DNA from: Elusimicrobiota bacterium
GTDB taxonomy: Bacteria > Elusimicrobiota > Elusimicrobia > 2-01-FULL-59-12
Reading direction: 5' to 3'
DNA length: 24,742 nt
Assembly (NCBI GenBank): GCA_041486625.1
Contig: JBGPLV010000001.1
Location: 1-24,742, forward strand
In this document: piece by piece, positions 23,834 through 24,742 of the stretch
Position numbering within the stretch: the stretch's first letter is position 1
Layout of the letters: every line of letters begins with the position of its first letter
Translations under genes and position numbers: made by a program
Notes under the pieces: model-generated
What the model saw: the letters and a program-made list of their open reading frames with translations, nothing else
Database searches by the model: none
What the model was told of the DNA's origin: nothing

Positions 23834-24742
23834 ATGTCAAAATCCTGCCTGATCAAAGCGGGCCTTGTTTTCGCGCTCTTTATGAGCGCCATCGTGGGAT
23901 GGCATTGCCTCAACGACCGTCCCTCCTCCATGGATGAGACCAAGCACATGCAGCTGGCGATGGACTACCGGGACTGGCTCGTGCACGACGTGCCGCTCCA
24001 AAATCCTTGGGACCATGTCTACCCGCCTGTCTATCATTTCTCCATTTTCCCGGCCATGAGCGTCGGTGTTCCCACCGAATCCAAAGCGGTCATAACACAT
24101 GGCCTCTACGCATTGATTTTTCTCATCGGATGCCTGCTGCTGGGGCGCGCTCACGAGCTTTCCGATGACGAAAGCCTGGCGGCGGCCTTGCTCACGCTCG
24201 GATATTGCTACGTCCTTTGGGCTGCCCGCCGCGCGCTGACGGATTTTCCGCTGATGACATGGGCGACATTCACCATGGGAGTTCTGGCTTGGACGCGCGG
24301 ATTTGGATCGCGAAAGGTCAGCCTCTGGTGGGGGATCGCGGCGGGCGTCGGATTGCTCCTTAAGTTCACGTTTGCTTTCTTTTTCATCCTGCCGGTCCTC
24401 TGGACGATCCTTCGCGGCCGTGAGCCGGGCCGATTTAAAAATGGGATCTTCGCTTTGGCGGTCGCCGCCGTCCTGGGCGGATCCTGGTATTATTGGAACA
24501 GTGCCGTCTTTCTGGACAAGGCGTCAGGGTTGGTCAACGAAGTCACGGTCAGCGGCGGAGATCCCCACACGTTGGCCGGCTGGCTTTTCTATCTGAGATT
24601 ATGGCCGCAGCAGCTGGGCGTTCCGAACCTGATATTCACGGCTCTCGGAATGATGTTGGCCTTGGGCTCCAGTTTTCGTTCCCGGCGAGAAGGAGACGGG
24701 CTGTTGTGGGCGTGGTTTTTCTCCGGGTATCTCATTTTAAGC
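23834..24742 (+). CDS. Glycosyltransferase family 39 / ArnT-like membrane protein (3'-partial; absent from the ORF track)
   Basis: Open from ATG 23834 to the window end: MSKSCLIKAGLVF...DRPSSMDETKH (DE motif), YPPVYH, ALTDFPL and GLLLKFTF motifs, multiple TM helices. Confidence 0.85.
   Translation, partial: MSKSCLIKAGLVFALFMSAIVGWHCLNDRPSSMDETKHMQLAMDYRDWLVHDVPLQNPWDHVYPPVYHFSIFPAMSVGVPTESKAVITHGLYALIFLIGCLLLGRAHELSDDESLAAALLTLGYCYVLWAARRALTDFPLMTWATFTMGVLAWTRGFGSRKVSLWWGIAAGVGLLLKFTFAFFFILPVLWTILRGREPGRFKNGIFALAVAAVLGGSWYYWNSAVFLDKASGLVNEVTVSGGDPHTLAGWLFYLRLWPQQLGVPNLIFTALGMMLALGSSFRSRREGDGLLWAWFFSGYLILS

Overview
GC-rich bacterial chromosome segment. The host is not a cyanobacterium by gene content; an Elusimicrobiota-like host is only a weak impression. 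The backbone carries a membrane-fused spermidine synthase-like protein (5'-partial), secreted and outer-membrane proteins, a GT4+GH130 pair, a response regulator, an SPFH protein, engB, rsgA, a BCP peroxiredoxin, a cupin, a REC-membrane protein, trmJ and a GT39-like glycosyltransferase (3'-partial). Two accessory regions are each anchored on a tRNA-derived site. (1) 8.6-11.4 kb: an orphan tRNA-Leu-type 3' end (att-like), a BrnT/BrnA toxin-antitoxin pair, a broken secreted-protein gene, and an XRE-HTH + nucleotidyltransferase pair bracketed by two ~63-bp hairpin-forming direct repeats. (2) 16.5-21.8 kb: an integrase-less island in an initiator tRNA-Met gene. The 5' half of the tRNA, not the usual 3' end, is duplicated. 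The left 5' half carries a 45-nt structured insertion in its D-loop, and the intact right-hand tRNA carries a 262-nt group I intron in the anticodon loop. CCGATCAG repeats with 12-bp spacing sit at both island ends and in the middle. The cargo is a Fic-wHTH gene and a type IIG restriction-modification gene broken by a nonsense codon and a frameshift. Six genes look leaderless, with a -10 box 5-7 nt before the start codon. No CRISPR array or integrase was found. All family calls come from motif recognition by eye; no searches were run.
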